DNA from: Tubulanus polymorphus
Taxonomy: Eukaryota > Animalia > Nemertea
Assembly: GCF_964204645.1 (NCBI RefSeq)
Contig: NC_134026.1
Location: 22,230,150-22,294,149, forward strand
Direction of reading: 5' to 3'
Length of the DNA: 64,000 bases
The notes under the pieces are model-generated. The model did not search any database. It was not told where the DNA came from and saw nothing but the letters and a program-made list of their open reading frames with translations. The position numbers and the translations under genes were made by a program. Within the stretch, counting starts at the first letter, position 1, and each line of letters starts with the position of its first letter. Shown here piece by piece: positions 39,883 to 54,556 of this stretch.

Positions 39883-41479
39883 TTAACACCTGGTTGAAGA
39901 AACGTAAAGATGATGAATGTACCTGTCGCGTTTTAAATATAACACAAAGAATAGCACGACTCTTTTATTTTTCAACATCGCTTGCATAGATAAAAACTTT
40001 GAAAACAATATACAAGAAACATCTAAACTACGTTGTACTTAATTGATACAAAAAAATCCCTACCACTTCTGCCAATTCTACAAAACTAGATTACTCGGTA
40101 ATTTATATAAATTTTACAATGGAATGACGATGCGTCTTAAACTAATACTCAATATATCTTAAGTTCAATCGAAGCAAAACTACAATCAAAACAAGAAATT
40201 GACATAACTATCCCAAGATCATTAACATTGATGATGATTTTCATGATGGTTATTATCATATTATCATATTGCACAAATGTTGACAGGAAACGAAAGAACC
40301 ACTACATTTTTGCGTGTGTAAATCTTAATAAGTTATCATTGTCGTAATATAAATGTACCCATAACAACGAGATTAAGCAATAGCGGATGATTAATAAATA
40401 AATAATCAGTAATAATAATTCCGTTTGTGTAGATAGCGGACACAAAGAAACAATTGAAAAAATACTGCAACCATCATGATGATTATAATATGTTTTATAC
40501 AGATATTGAAAGACTTTAGTCGATTTGTAATTTACGATTAACAAAGAGGAACATCTCGAGACCTCACATTCCATGTGGGGTCGTCGGGCTAGTAATAGTA
40601 AACTATGTACAAGAATTTACAGCAACACGCGAAAGAGTTCTTGTGATCATCAGAAAAACGACTTAGAAATAAGAAAGAGGTACATATTTATTCATAAACG
40701 AATTAACAGCAATTCGTTGTAAGAAAGATTATTCATTTAATAGTCAACCTACCAAAAACGAGGAAAAAGTTGTCCACAACGGCAACTTTTAAGTAATAAA
40801 AAAGTCACAAAGTCGCGCACAATTCCCATGTGTTGGTAGTGTATTGTATACAAGGCAGCAATGATGAGGGCCTGAGAGCAGAGCCATAGCATAAATCATA
40901 CAAATTGCACATACATATGCCAAGGCTTCTAGTGTAGTATAAATCTATATACATATGATATTCAGTCTCGAAGTTCCAAGCGTCTGTCTCTCATCTGGAA
41001 ACTCGTGTAAAATCAACATTTGTAATTCGTTTCATAATGTCAAAACAAATGAAATATTCACACATTTAAAAAACCTGTAACAGGTATATATGTTATATAT
41101 AGAGAATCCAGGTGGCCAAAACATTATATTTAACGTAACAAAAAAATGGCTGTGTATCGCCATATAGTATCGTTCATCATTTGCAATACCACATACGGCA
41201 TGTATGATCCAGCAAGCACACTACAAAACCTGAGCGACTGACGATAACATTTGGTAAATTCAGCATTCCACTTTGTTGTTTTCATTTTTCATTTTCAGTA
41301 ACACACAGAGCAACGCCTTTTTTGAAAGTACGAATGAGTATGCAGAGCAGATCAGCAGTGTTGTGTCATTAATGCAAAATGGTATTTGCATAAAGATAAC
41401 GATAATCAGATGCTCCGGCAGTGTGCTGAAAACACCGAGGAATTCAAAAGGAGAGTAAAACGTAGGATTTTCACAATTG

Positions 41480-41750
41480 TCACGACATGATAGTCAACGT
41501 CACAATCCCAGTTGAATTTTTTAGAATGTTTACAGCATCGTCGTGCGTCGCTCCATCTAATGGCTGTCCATTTACGGCCAGAATTTGATCACCACGGTGT
41601 AGATCCCCACATTCCGCAGCTGCGCCCTGAGCAAACACCGTTTTGACGTAAATTGGAAGATCTCCGTGCGGACTGCCGTAGCCACCAACTATCGAGAAAC
41701 CAAGTCCAGCAGGACCACGTCTCAGGTTCACTATTTTCACCTCGGGAGGC
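41480..41750 (-). CDS. MPDZ: MPDZ/PATJ-like last exon (terminal PDZ domain)
   Basis: ttcag|G CCT CCC GAG: [61 protein letters not shown]...LTIMS*. GFSIVGGYGSPHGDLPIYVKTVF is characteristic of MPDZ PDZ13/PATJ PDZ10. Confidence 0.93.
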
Positions 41751-42059
41751 CTGAAATCAGATCAATGAATGTATCATTAAACATTTCCATTCTTAGAACA
41801 AAAGAATTCTCTTACTGTTGACAAAAACAGTCCACATTCAGATGAATTTCAATAAATTTTGAATGTATTCAGATTATCAACTTTTGACGTTGAAAATCGA
41901 TATGAGAATTTCAGTTTTATATTCAGGCTGTACTTATCGTGGTACTACAATGTCTTTTCTGAACATTATAACAAAACTAAGATTTGGTTTTCTCAAGATT
42001 CACTGATTTTCAACAAAATAACTGTGTCGTACATTTGAGAAAAAATAACCTCCTCTTAC

Positions 42060-42195
42060 CCTAGATCTTCATCATGATCCTCTTCTTCATCAGCAGAAGA
42101 TGCTATCTTGCGGTGGCCACGGTTACTTGCATTGCTGTTCTTAGACTGCTGAGAGGAGAAACTGTCATTGGCGGCATTTCTGTGCTGTGGATCAC
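42060..42195 (-). CDS. MPDZ: MPDZ linker exon
   Basis: tatag|GT GAT CCA...CTA GG|gtaaga; 136 nt, phases 1 and 2 fit the neighbours. Confidence 0.85.
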
Positions 42196-42466
42196 CTATA
42201 AAAGAAGATGGAGGAAAAAGCATGATGAAAGGTGACATCACATGGCGTCCAGCATTTCATGATGGTGGAGAAGTCAGCAACTATATTTTTCTCAATCTTG
42301 ATTCTAGTCTAGAGCTAAGAAGCTTCTAACACTTCGAGTCTGGCCATTGTTGATGTCAACTGTATTTTTGTCGAAGGCTGTGTCATTGGGGATAGAAACC
42401 TGCCACTAAAAACTTTCACAGCTTGGATGATACAACTCATGTACAGCCATTAGTCAAACTGCCAGT

Positions 42467-42504
42467 CACACAGAACAGGGCTATTCCTGGCCCTGTTCTG
42501 TGTG
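42467..42504. repeat. Perfect 15-bp inverted repeat with an 8-nt loop
   Basis: cacacagaacagggc-tattcctg-gccctgttctgtgtg. Confidence 0.9.
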
Positions 42505-42612
42505 TCTTTGAATCAGGAGAAAAATGCCATTAGATTAATGAGACTAGGGTATCCAATATATCAGGGAAGGCATTTACCTGAGTATACTAAAGTTTTAGTG
42601 TAATATTCATAC

Positions 42613-42727
42613 CTGGAGTGACTTCTAAAGTTACTGTCCCTTTGGCTTGAACTAGCAAATTAGCAGCTTGAGTCTGAGAAAGGTTTTCAGTTGAAACTGA
42701 ATTGATCGCAACGATATGATCTCCAAC
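42613..42727 (-). CDS. MPDZ: MPDZ exon (second half of the penultimate PDZ)
   Basis: tttag|VGDHIVAINSVSTENLSQTQAANLLVQAKGTVTLEVTP G|gtatga. Confidence 0.92.
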
Positions 42728-42951
42728 CTAAAATGAACAAAATCTCATTATTGTAAGTCAACAACCGTAAATCGATTCTAATTCATGATTCACAGGATTC
42801 ACTTAAAGGGTCCGAAAAATGTCCTTAAGTCTCCCAAGTTGTCTAAAGACCTATTTCAATTTAGTCCAGTCTATGGTAAGTTTAATCAGTGTAACTGGCC
42901 CCTGAAGACATCATATGAATGTGAACGGAAATCATTTGACCTAACAAGTAC

Positions 42952-43142
42952 CATTAGATTTTTTGATTTAGCTGCCGGTCCGTTTGTGCTCATGCTCGCA
43001 ATGATAACGGGTGTATTGCCTAATGGACTGCCATGTCCACCGGCGATACTGAGTCCAAGTGAGCCACTCATATCTCGCACGAGGTGCACAATTCTCGTCA
43101 TTTTGTGACTCCCCTGACTACTACCACTCACATTGCTGTTTC
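42952..43142 (-). CDS. MPDZ: MPDZ exon (first half of the penultimate PDZ)
   Basis: ttcag|GA AAC...RIVHLVRDMSGSLGLSIAGGHGSPLGNTPVIIASMSTNGPAAKSKNLM|gtactt. Confidence 0.9.
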
Positions 43143-45661
43143 CTGAAATCATTCAACAAAAAGCACGTTAAAACCAGCGCAATAAACAAGCATCGAACGA
43201 AATAAGAATTTCTTTCATTAAATCTTTTAATCATTTGACCCTATGTAAGAGTTCTTTTACAAATTTCGGCTCAAATTCGTCGGATCATCTACGAACATGA
43301 CATGCAGTGCTATGTTCCCTAAACTAATCACATGAAAAAAATCATAATGACTTCTTATATCATGCAGATACATTCATATAAAAATAAATAAGAAATTGCT
43401 AACCTATCCTAATAAACAGCTACTTTAATTAACATCATATCTCTAAATCCTATCATCTGCTAAAACCAACTCTAAACATGAAAGCATAGTACATTATCAA
43501 CAATGCATAATGATTATTATAATGATGATGAATGATGAAAAAAAAATAATTTCTGATACAAAATAAAGTCCTTTAGAACATGCAAAAAATCAATTGGATA
43601 TGCTACATTGCAATATCCATTTTCCATAAAGGGAATCTCAGCAACTTTCACTTTTACAAAAGTTCTAGTTCATAGAAATAAAGCGACTATATACTTTCTG
43701 CGTTTCTAACTCAATGAATAGGAATAAGTAGCATTCTGTTTTACGAATGAAAAATTCACAATTTCAACATCTGACATCAAGAAGCCGTCAAAATCATAGG
43801 CTTGATTTCAAAGGCTTCCATCATGCAGGTATACTAATTCGAGAACACAAAAATAATATGTGTAAACATACAGATAATAGCTAACCTTCCATGGAAGATT
43901 TTAAATCCACAAGTATGAACATAGAATAGGCGCGAAAACGAGACTATTTAATGTTGGAATGCATTAATTTTTGCTCTCAATATGTAAGCTAGATTTAAAA
44001 ATGAAATTTTAGCAATCGTATCAAAAATTGTCAGCCCTGTTTATACCTTAACAGTAGAAAAATGCTGGCCACTGATCAAAATGTATTCATTTTACTCTGA
44101 TTGTAAAACATTTACTCTGAATGAATTCACAAGCTCAGATTTCAGAAAAGTGAATGTATAGAGATCGTGGTATTTTGGTTAATGAATTCAAATATATTTC
44201 TAAAAATGATTTGGCAACGACAATAGTCAGGTCCTCAGTAACTTTTGGATGATGGTAATCCTGTGAAAAAAAAACAACAAAGAAAGTGATCAGACAGTAG
44301 AACATCAGTGATATAAAATATTGAACTTTTGTGCACAATTCCCTAACTACCGAAAGTCCGTACCAAGAATATATACATGCATTACCAATTTAAACCTATA
44401 TCAATTCAGCAAATCTGCTGCTTTGGCAAGAAATGATAATAACAATACAGTAACCGATTAGTGATCAGGTTTGACAATCATCATTATTAAGCACCGTGTC
44501 CCACTATTCCTACAAATTAGACACAGATTGATCGGACTTAAGGTAAATAAAGATAGAAACCATTGAAAGATTTTCGAGATGTAAAAACGAACACATCTGA
44601 TTCATCGAAAGACCTGTACAAGCTAAGATGCACAATGTGTAATTTTTTGTAATGGGTGATTTTACCAACAGAATCATCGTGCTAAACCCCATCAATCTTA
44701 TTCCTCAAATATGTCCATATATTTGAAGCAGCAGCAGCAATTTTCAAGCAGGTTCATAAAATGCATATGATGATGGAGCAAAGATATATTTGTCAACAAC
44801 AAAGTTTGCACACTTTTGTTTACAGAACTGACAACCTGAATGTACATGTAAAGTATCTTGAATCAACACCTAAAAACACCTGGGTTATTAATGAGTAAAT
44901 GGAGTAAAATTGAAATTGCATTATACCGGTACTTCATTGGATAAAGCTTGTCTAAAAATGAGATACAAAAGACAATTTAAATCTTCAAGGAAAAGGGGAA
45001 GAGAGAGATAGATGTTGAATCAAGATGACATAGTTTTGACACAGTAAACCTGATCATCATGCTTCTTGTTCTGATAACCAGGTGCACATTGCTTATTTCA
45101 CCTGATCTCATACTCTGCATCCACATAACTTTGGTAAAACTTTATAAGAAGAAAAATATATAAACCAAACTTAAAAAAACGAAAACCAATTCAAGTGCAT
45201 CAGTGAGTCAGGGTGATACTATGTGAAACCAAGAGTTCTAAATGAAAAATTTGTTATTGTGGGGTATTGTTTTTAAGGGTGATGCATTCTCTGAAAATCT
45301 AACTGTATGAGCAATCCTCGTAGGTCTGATGTAGTACAGCACATATAGTGCAATACAAAACTGAATTCAATACAGAAACTCAGAAAGGATCTCTAGAAAG
45401 ATTTTAAAGTTCTTCTCAGGTACATCCATGAAGATGGGTAAGATGGTGAAATTCATATGGAAGAATTCATACTACAAAAGCAGATAGCAATTATATAGAT
45501 AAATATGTATATGCAACACTAGGAAGAATTCTTAAACCATATGTGGATGCGATGAAAAGTATGTACTGGCACATGTACATGTACATGAAATGTACCAGAT
45601 CGAATTTTATGAAATGTCTAAAATGCATGGATGTGTACCGGTAATTCAAATTGAAACACAC

Positions 45662-45815
45662 CTTTTGGATGTTTTCCTTTATTTTTCACATTACTCGCGC
45701 TGGACTCAGATTTTTTCAGACCTCGATCGCTTGCATTACTCGAGTTGCGTCTGGATGATGATCGACTGCTGATCTTTAATCTTCCAATCACTAGCGTCAC
45801 TTTCCCCATCAATGT
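45662..45815 (-). CDS. MPDZ: MPDZ exon (end of the PDZ11-like domain plus a Ser/Arg-rich linker)
   Basis: ttacag|TLMGKVTLVIGRLKISSRSSSRRNSS...KHPK G|gtgtgt. The donor is uncertain; an earlier phase-1 A|gtaatg also exists. Confidence 0.8.
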
Positions 45816-45979
45816 CTGTAAAGACAATATTGAAAGCGGTCAGGAAAATTGGATGTACTTTAATTTGTAAATATGACCATTTTTGGAACATCGCAATACA
45901 TTTAGATGACTGCAGCCGAATAAAAACATCTTCATTCTACGGTATCAGGATAGGTAGGATTAATACTTCATGTACATAC

Positions 45980-46096
45980 TTTTAACACAGTAGCTGCATA
46001 ATCTTGAGTAACACCTTTCATATCTTCACCATTCACAGCGAGTATTTGATCACCTTGCATCAGTCTCCCATCAGCCTCCGCCACTCCACCCTTTAC
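45980..46096 (-). CDS. MPDZ: MPDZ exon
   Basis: ccag|[39 protein letters not shown]|gtatgt. Confidence 0.95.
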
Positions 46097-46199
46097 CTGG
46101 TTGGAATAATGAATGAAATCATTTCAAACAGGCTTATTTGTGGAAATGATAAGAAAAATTAGTACAAATTAGTTACAAATTAGTAGAATTAATACTTAC

Positions 46200-46424
46200 G
46201 ATGTCTGAAATGAACACACCGACATCATTCTTTTTGCCCACAATGCTGAGACCGAGTCCTTTGTTTGGCTTCTTCATCAGTTCAACAGTAAAAACATCGT
46301 AAAAGTCTTCATCTTTGACTTGCGCGTCATCACGTAGAACGATCATACGTACGACAGGCGGCGTCTGACGTAGGACTTGTATAGCGCGATCGTGAGATGC
46401 CTCGCGTAGATCATCTCCGTTCAC
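46200..46424 (-). CDS. MPDZ: MPDZ exon
   Basis: ttag|[22 protein letters not shown]...[25 protein letters not shown]|gtaagt. Confidence 0.95.
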
Positions 46425-46495
46425 CTAAGAATAATTTCAGCATCATGAATGATCATTATTCCTGCATGACGGAGCATAGAAATGACAAAATATAC

Positions 46496-46579
46496 CTCTA
46501 ATATTTGATCACCCGCCCACAGACGTCCGTCTTTCGCTGCAGCACCATCTTCGTATACTTCATGAATAATTATAGCACC
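46496..46579 (-). CDS. MPDZ: MPDZ exon
   Basis: ttcag|[28 protein letters not shown]|gtatat, typical of MPDZ PDZ10. Confidence 0.95.
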
Positions 46580-46754
46580 CTGAATGTAATAAATCATTGA
46601 GGTGATTAGATCAGCGAGATGAATAAAAGGTACTTTCGGCAGTGCTTGGACCATGATTGATATTGCATTCACAGTGTTTGACCATGAAGATGATTAAGTA
46701 TATCATTATCGGGTCACCTTTTTCTCATTGGATATTAAAGGTTTTTTTACTTAC

Positions 46755-46948
46755 AAGTAAGGTATCACTTCCGCCTACTATGCTCAGACCTAGGCCTGAC
46801 TTTCCTTTCTGGATTTCGATCACAGTTTCATGTCCAGGAGATATCACACATGTTGCCGGATCACCCTGTATATTTGGCGTGGTAGTAACATTACTGATTG
46901 AACGTTTTTCTTCTTGGTTTGATCGCTGGTCAGGATCTGGGATTTTAT
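46755..46948 (-). CDS. MPDZ: MPDZ exon
   Basis: ttcag|AT AAA ATC...[36 protein letters not shown]|gtaagt. Confidence 0.93.
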
Positions 46949-47438
46949 CTGAATCGGGGAAATAAAAAAACATAGTAAATTATGGCATTTATTCATTGGG
47001 CCTCTGCAAAATAGATTCTAATGCAACAGAACACCAAAAACTAACCACAAGTGCAACCTCAGATGAATGCTGGTAGGAAAAAAGTATAATGGGTATCTTG
47101 GGAGAAGTCAAATAATTCATGGTATGAATGGGGTACTAGTGATTCATGAAGGCAACAAATTCAATTTTTAAACTATTCTAAACAAATCTTTTCATCAATA
47201 TCCTTAATTGATGCTGCACTATAAGTCCTGTGGCACAAACTAAGTTTTCAGATATTAGGATAATGCTATTTGCACAGGAAAAAAGTGAGCCATATCAGTG
47301 AGTTACTAAACAATTGTCAACCCTGCATAAACCTAGGGAGATCAAAATCTGACCACCAGCACCAACTAAAAAAGTGATTGTAACCTCATGCAGTCACAAT
47401 ATATAAACAAGAGAAAATTCTGGAGGTATATTGTTTAC

Positions 47439-47498
47439 CAGGAATTATGATTGCTACTGAATTGTAGTCACCATTGTCCATCACATCGAATTCAGCAT
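47439..47498 (-). CDS. Candidate 60-nt in-frame MPDZ cassette exon
   Basis: gttttcag|AT GCT GAA TTC...ATT CCT G|gtaaac; phase 1-1, open frame (AEFDVMDNGDYNSVAIIIP). Confidence 0.5.
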
Positions 47499-48272
47499 CT
47501 GAAAACAATCTCCACAATGTCACCATCGGCAAATGATGTTATCCCCCAGTATGATAATAGAATGTCACTAACATCGGAGATCAAGGGAAAACAGGAGTGA
47601 CTGCTGGCTAAAATGTCTGTTCACATCAAATCATGTCGCGTTCATCCCGAAAAGTAGCACTAATATCATTGAATGATTATTTATGACCACGAAAAAGCTA
47701 TTACTTGAAGAATTAATTTCTTACATAAATTTAATTTATCTATGCTTAAACGGATGAAAATCGTATATAAAGTGCATTATGAAAAAACAAAAATTGACGA
47801 GCAAAGATTTTTGTAGAGGAGTGTCTCTTGCGAGAAAACCCGATGGAATTAAAGCGGGATGAAGCAAACTATCTGGATGTATACCACCCACAAATCCAAT
47901 ATTTGATGGCAAATTTATATCATTTTCTACTGAAGAAATCAAAGATAAATCCACCAATGGTGATGCAGACCACCAACTCTTCTGTGCAAAAAACAAAGTA
48001 ATAACGATGCCTATGTCTGCCAGCCATTTGTGATTAATTCGCAATGAATGTGAATCATGCACTATAACCTTCATTAGAAAAAAGCCGAGGATGTTTTTTC
48101 CTTATACGATCAAACTTTAAGACCAATGACCTCAATAAAGCTTATCGCTTAAAATACCCATCTTTTTCAAAGCAAATAAAAGCCGAGGTTATGTTATTCA
48201 TTTTCCCGTCTCTATAAGTACCAGTATTTGTATATGTATGATATGTGAATTAGTGTTTTTGAGTTTTTTTAC

Positions 48273-48383
48273 CAGTTGAAAAATCATCATCAGAGACAAA
48301 TGACGAAGAGCTTTCGCTGCGACTGATATCAGGAGAATTCTCAGTCTCAAAACTGATGGTGAATTCCTGTTCTTCTTGTTCAG
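48273..48383 (-). CDS. Candidate 111-nt in-frame MPDZ cassette exon (acidic/Ser-rich)
   Basis: tttattcaag|CT GAA CAA...TCA ACT G|gtaaaa; phase 1-1, EQEEQEFTISFETENSPDISRSESSSSFVSDDDFST. Confidence 0.55.
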
Positions 48384-48550
48384 CTTGAATAAAGGAACTT
48401 TGAAATTCATTTCGAATTCGGTTACGATTAAATTTCATGCGGACATGTTTTTTCTACAATGGCCGTGGTGATACAGCTACTGATAATTCCCTTCGGACAG
48501 TGATATTATCATTGTATAGCACAATTCATTTACAACAACAGCTGACTTAC

Positions 48551-48683
48551 TTTGATTTTGAGATAAGTGTTGAAGAGAGCGGGATTGCGGAGTGGTAGGG
48601 GTTGTGGTTTCGATGACAATATTTGCATCACTATTAATCGTCAAATTCACTGTTCCTTGAGCTTTACGTAGTATTTCAATAGC
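48551..48683 (-). CDS. MPDZ: MPDZ exon
   Basis: ttcag|AIEILRKAQGTVNLTINSDANIVIETTTPTTPQSRSLQHLSQNQ A|gtaagt. Confidence 0.9.
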
Positions 48684-48866
48684 CTGAAAATAAATAGATA
48701 ACCAAAGTCAGTGCATGTATGTATCAATAAGCATACAAGTACTCATAATTATACCAAAATATTTGCCTGAAAAGTCACCTTAATCCTTACTTTTCTTTTT
48801 AAAATGGGATTTATGATATTATACTTTGAGTAGTATAGTGACTACAGATAAGCACGTCATACTTAC

Positions 48867-48941
48867 TTTATCGTAATGGACTCCGATTACTGGAGTTTCA
48901 TCAACGCATAACAACTGATCACCAGATTTCAATTGGCCACC
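48867..48941 (-). CDS. MPDZ: MPDZ exon
   Basis: gtcag|GGQLKSGDQLLCVDETPVIGVHYDK|gtaagt. Confidence 0.92.
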
Positions 48942-49490
48942 CTGACAAATCAGAAAAAATGACATTAATTAGTTCATCGATTGACATATTTTGCAGATAT
49001 CACTCCATAGACTCAAACATTCTTCATGTTCTCTGTTTAATGTCTGGCATTTGTACTCCATATCTTATTTCATTTTCAATAGAAATGGCACAGGTGAAAC
49101 TGAAAGCGCTGAAGAAGGTTGGAACCAGGCTACAGATTGTGATAATTTTGTCACATTGTTGCCTAGTTGATAAAAAGATGATAAAGCCAGATGAAACCGG
49201 GAGCGAGCAAATTATAAATATTGATACGTACGTAATGACCACTTATGAGTATCAGAAATGATTGATTGATCAGATTGTTAAGACATAACGATCGGATGAA
49301 GACTGGTATCGAGTGATATACTGTAATCATTTCAACTGAGTAACATGAAAATCCGATAATTCGATTTGATCAATCGACTGATTTCAGCTAAATGCATAAA
49401 CGAATTACTTCTCAATCTGAACTCATAGAGAATTTTACATGTACAAGTCTGTCGAGTTCATGGCTACGTCTATTCTGATTCAGCGCTTAC

Positions 49491-49583
49491 CTCAGCCGCC
49501 GGTCCGAGGTTTATGCTTTTGACAAAAATGCCCTTACGGTCATCGTAGTTTTCTTGTATCGCAAATCCTAAGCCCATATTTGT
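49491..49583 (-). CDS. MPDZ: MPDZ exon
   Basis: ttccag|TNMGLGFAIQENYDDRKGIFVKSINLGPAAE|gtaagc (GLGF loop). Confidence 0.92.
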
Positions 49584-49668
49584 CTGGAAAAGAATAAATC
49601 TCTCCTAGATAATCTAAAACTGGTTAACCAATGATGTTATGTTTATTTCAGATTGAAAATTTAATTAC

Positions 49669-49773
49669 CTTTTCAAGTGTAATTGACTTAATATCTTTAT
49701 ACGGTGACAGATCATAGCCGGCTAGACAAGCTATTGATGGAATGGTCGTATCAGCAGTAGAAGGTTCATCATC
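49669..49773 (-). CDS. MPDZ: MPDZ exon
   Basis: tttccag|DDEPSTADTTIPSIACLAGYDLSPYKDIKSITLEK|gtaatt. Confidence 0.88.
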
Positions 49774-51053
49774 CTGGAAACAGAAATATCAGCATCAAAC
49801 ACCGTAAGGCTGGAGACTGCAATTAGTATGTCGTATATTGGTCGGGATCAGGGGATAACTGGAGCGTATCTTAATCTAGAAGAAGATGTTTCAGGCTGAA
49901 TATGAGAGCTATGTTTGGTTAACTTCGTAAACTGACAATCATGTTGGTTGGTGTAAAACGAATTTTTCATGACAAAGGTTGGTTAAAAATTTCGTGACTA
50001 ACTACTGGAATGAATTAGATGCAAATTATATGGTATTTAATAAGTGATTGCATTAGTTATCAACATAGAACTGAGGAGAGATCATGAGCAGGAGGAAGGC
50101 ACCAGTGAAAGAACCCGCAATTTTTCTTGCGAGTGCCTTTTGAAATACATGTTCTATACCTGTTGCAAAAGAGCCTGTATAATTCTTATAAATACACCAA
50201 CATTTTGAAATCTCCTAATATCACATCTTGCATAAAGATTTCAAAATTAGTGAATCCAAAAATGCAATGCTTCTAACAATAGAAACTAAAATGATAGTCT
50301 TTCTTTTAAAGGGCATAATTTATAATCGATTCTACGAAGCAAAATTCTATAACATAATCACAAAAGCATTGGACAATATAAATATGAAAATCACAAAGGA
50401 GAGATGTATATGAAATCAAATTAGTACATACATGATCATACAAAATAGTTTGTTAATTTGCATCTAGAGCCAGAATATTGATTGAATAATAAACATTTAT
50501 GAATGAGAGGATGGACTTTCAAACGAATAGACGAAAAATTGGAAAACTGGATGAAAATGATCTGCTTGGGATATAGGGGCTGGTTTCGATCCATAAAAAC
50601 CAGTCTGAGGGTCATTTTGATCCTACTCACTTAATCGTAAATTTTGCTCGAATGCGGAAATCATTCAACATTTCAATATATGAATTTGATAAATTTCAAT
50701 GGTTCAAATTTAGTGAGTTTCAGGGAACAATCTGATGTTTTTTTTTAGGTATCAAATCGAAGCCCATTTCAGTCATTGCTATACAACTGAGCATGGTAGC
50801 TCTACAAACAATGCAAGAAAGACAGCATACAATATGTTACTTGGGCAACATGCTTTATGCTTCGTGGATTGGAAACAAGGAAACTATATCGTTGAATGAC
50901 ATCTAGAAAAATGAAACCGCGTTGATAAATTTTCAGCAATCGGCAGCAAGAAAGTGACGAAAGAAAGTCATTAGAAAAAGGAGAGAATAGAAGCAACGTT
51001 CAAACTGCGTTCAATATATGAAGAGGGCAAGTATTTCATTGACAGTTACTCAC

Positions 51054-51083
51054 TTTCAAACAGGGAATTATTCTTGTTTGTTT
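51054..51083 (-). CDS. Candidate 30-nt in-frame microexon of MPDZ
   Basis: cacttacag|AAA CAA ACA AGA ATA ATT CCC TGT TTG AAA|gtgagt; phase 0-0 inside a phase-0 intron. Confidence 0.45.
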
Positions 51084-51545
51084 CTGTAAGTGACACATTA
51101 TATTATGACACCCTGTTAGATTTGTTTTTAAATGGAAATTTGAAGTGAATCCTGAATCATGTTAAGTACGATAAGTAATGTCTATACAGAGACGATACAC
51201 CAGAATGTATAACTAAACGTCTAAACTATTCACTGAACGTCTTCTTAACTGGCGACCATCAAACTACGTTTCCAAAATACACCACCTGATTATTAGTTAC
51301 AGTCCACTGTATAGACATTTTAGGTAATAGACTTAACTCGTGATTTATATCATCAGAGGGATGAACTAATTCATGAAATTTCATCATTATTAAATACATT
51401 GTTGAAAATTCAAATCAAAAAGTACTGACATTTTTCATGCTAAAACAGAACACATTTTGTATATAAATCATAGCAAATTTGTTGCTTTTTTTTGGTTTTG
51501 AATAAAGAGGGGTTTAAAATATCTGTTACACACTAAATAACTTAC

Positions 51546-51612
51546 ATCATATTTAGCTGGTTGGGCTGGCGTTAAAGGTTTGACAGCCATATGGTTCAGG
51601 AAATCATCCCTC
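51546..51612 (-). CDS. MPDZ: MPDZ exon
   Basis: ttacag|G AGG GAT...: RDDFLNHMAVKPLTPAQPAKYD|gtaagt. Confidence 0.88.
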
Positions 51613-52528
51613 CTGTAAGCAAAAAAGATATTTACATATTTTTAAACATGTGGTTTTGAAATTCCAGTCGAAATACAGGTTGTTTTGAAAATCAATCTGG
51701 TGATTGAAATGAACTGATGAATCATCAGCCTCCAATCATGCACATGCAAAGAGTGAAAAATGAATGGCAAAAATCTGTGCCACATTTTTGGAATTTTTCA
51801 GATATTTCAACTAATGAAAATAGACACAAAATCGATTTCCAAATGATTTGAATCTGAATAATAAACATATTAATTGCATTCTAGAATTCTAGAGTTACTG
51901 GAACGAAATAAAGTCAGCTTCAATCATTGAAAAATCTTGAAAAGTTGGGCCTGATATTGTTGTATGACTTAAACAACTGTTTTTAATAGCCGAAATTATT
52001 TGCCACTTCGAATCAGCTAATCAGAGAGCACCAAAATATGAAATCATTGCCCTTGATCCAAATTACAGATACATGAAAGCAGAAGATCTTAATGAAGTTG
52101 ATATTCCAAAATTTATTATGGCAAAAATATGGAAAAATTGAGATCCAGCTTAATGAGGCTTAAAGCATCTTAGTAGATGTCTGCATCGTCTATCTATAGA
52201 GCTGTATCATTCGGCGAAAACATATCAATTTCTTTCCCCAAAAATCAGATTGTTCACAGCCACCTGATTCCTCATGAATATACTATGCAAGACTGCCTTT
52301 GGACCACACGCAACAAACAGGACGTTGACTGTTAATATGTTGATTGGCACAAATTCTCAAGAATATGACAATAAACATTGTTCTTCCCCCTGAAGGAAGT
52401 CAGCCAATACCATCAAGATTTGTTTCTGTATATGCACATGACCATCATTAGTAATCATTTTTTCTGCTGCACGCATAACAGACATACGAAAAAAAAATAC
52501 AGACAAAATTTCATTCACAACAACCACA

Positions 52529-54415
<1,887 letters not shown>

Positions 54416-54461
54416 ACTTCATTTGAGACATGGGAATGTTCATGGCGTACAGCCTGATTAC

Positions 54462-54556
54462 CTGAGTAATATGATTTTGACGGTTGGAAGAGTTACTCCC
54501 TTGATGATGGCTGATGCGTTAAGATGACTGCGGCCGTATAGAACTTGTCCATTTAT
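54462..54556 (-). CDS. MPDZ: MPDZ exon
   Basis: catag|INGQVLYGRSHLNASAIIKGVTLPTVKIILL AG|gtaatc. Confidence 0.94.

Noticed and set aside
47736-48074. 112-aa ORF with a good acceptor at 47981 as an MPDZ exon
   Set aside because: The long open frame is phase 0 while the intron is phase 1; the compatible frame stops after about 20 codons.
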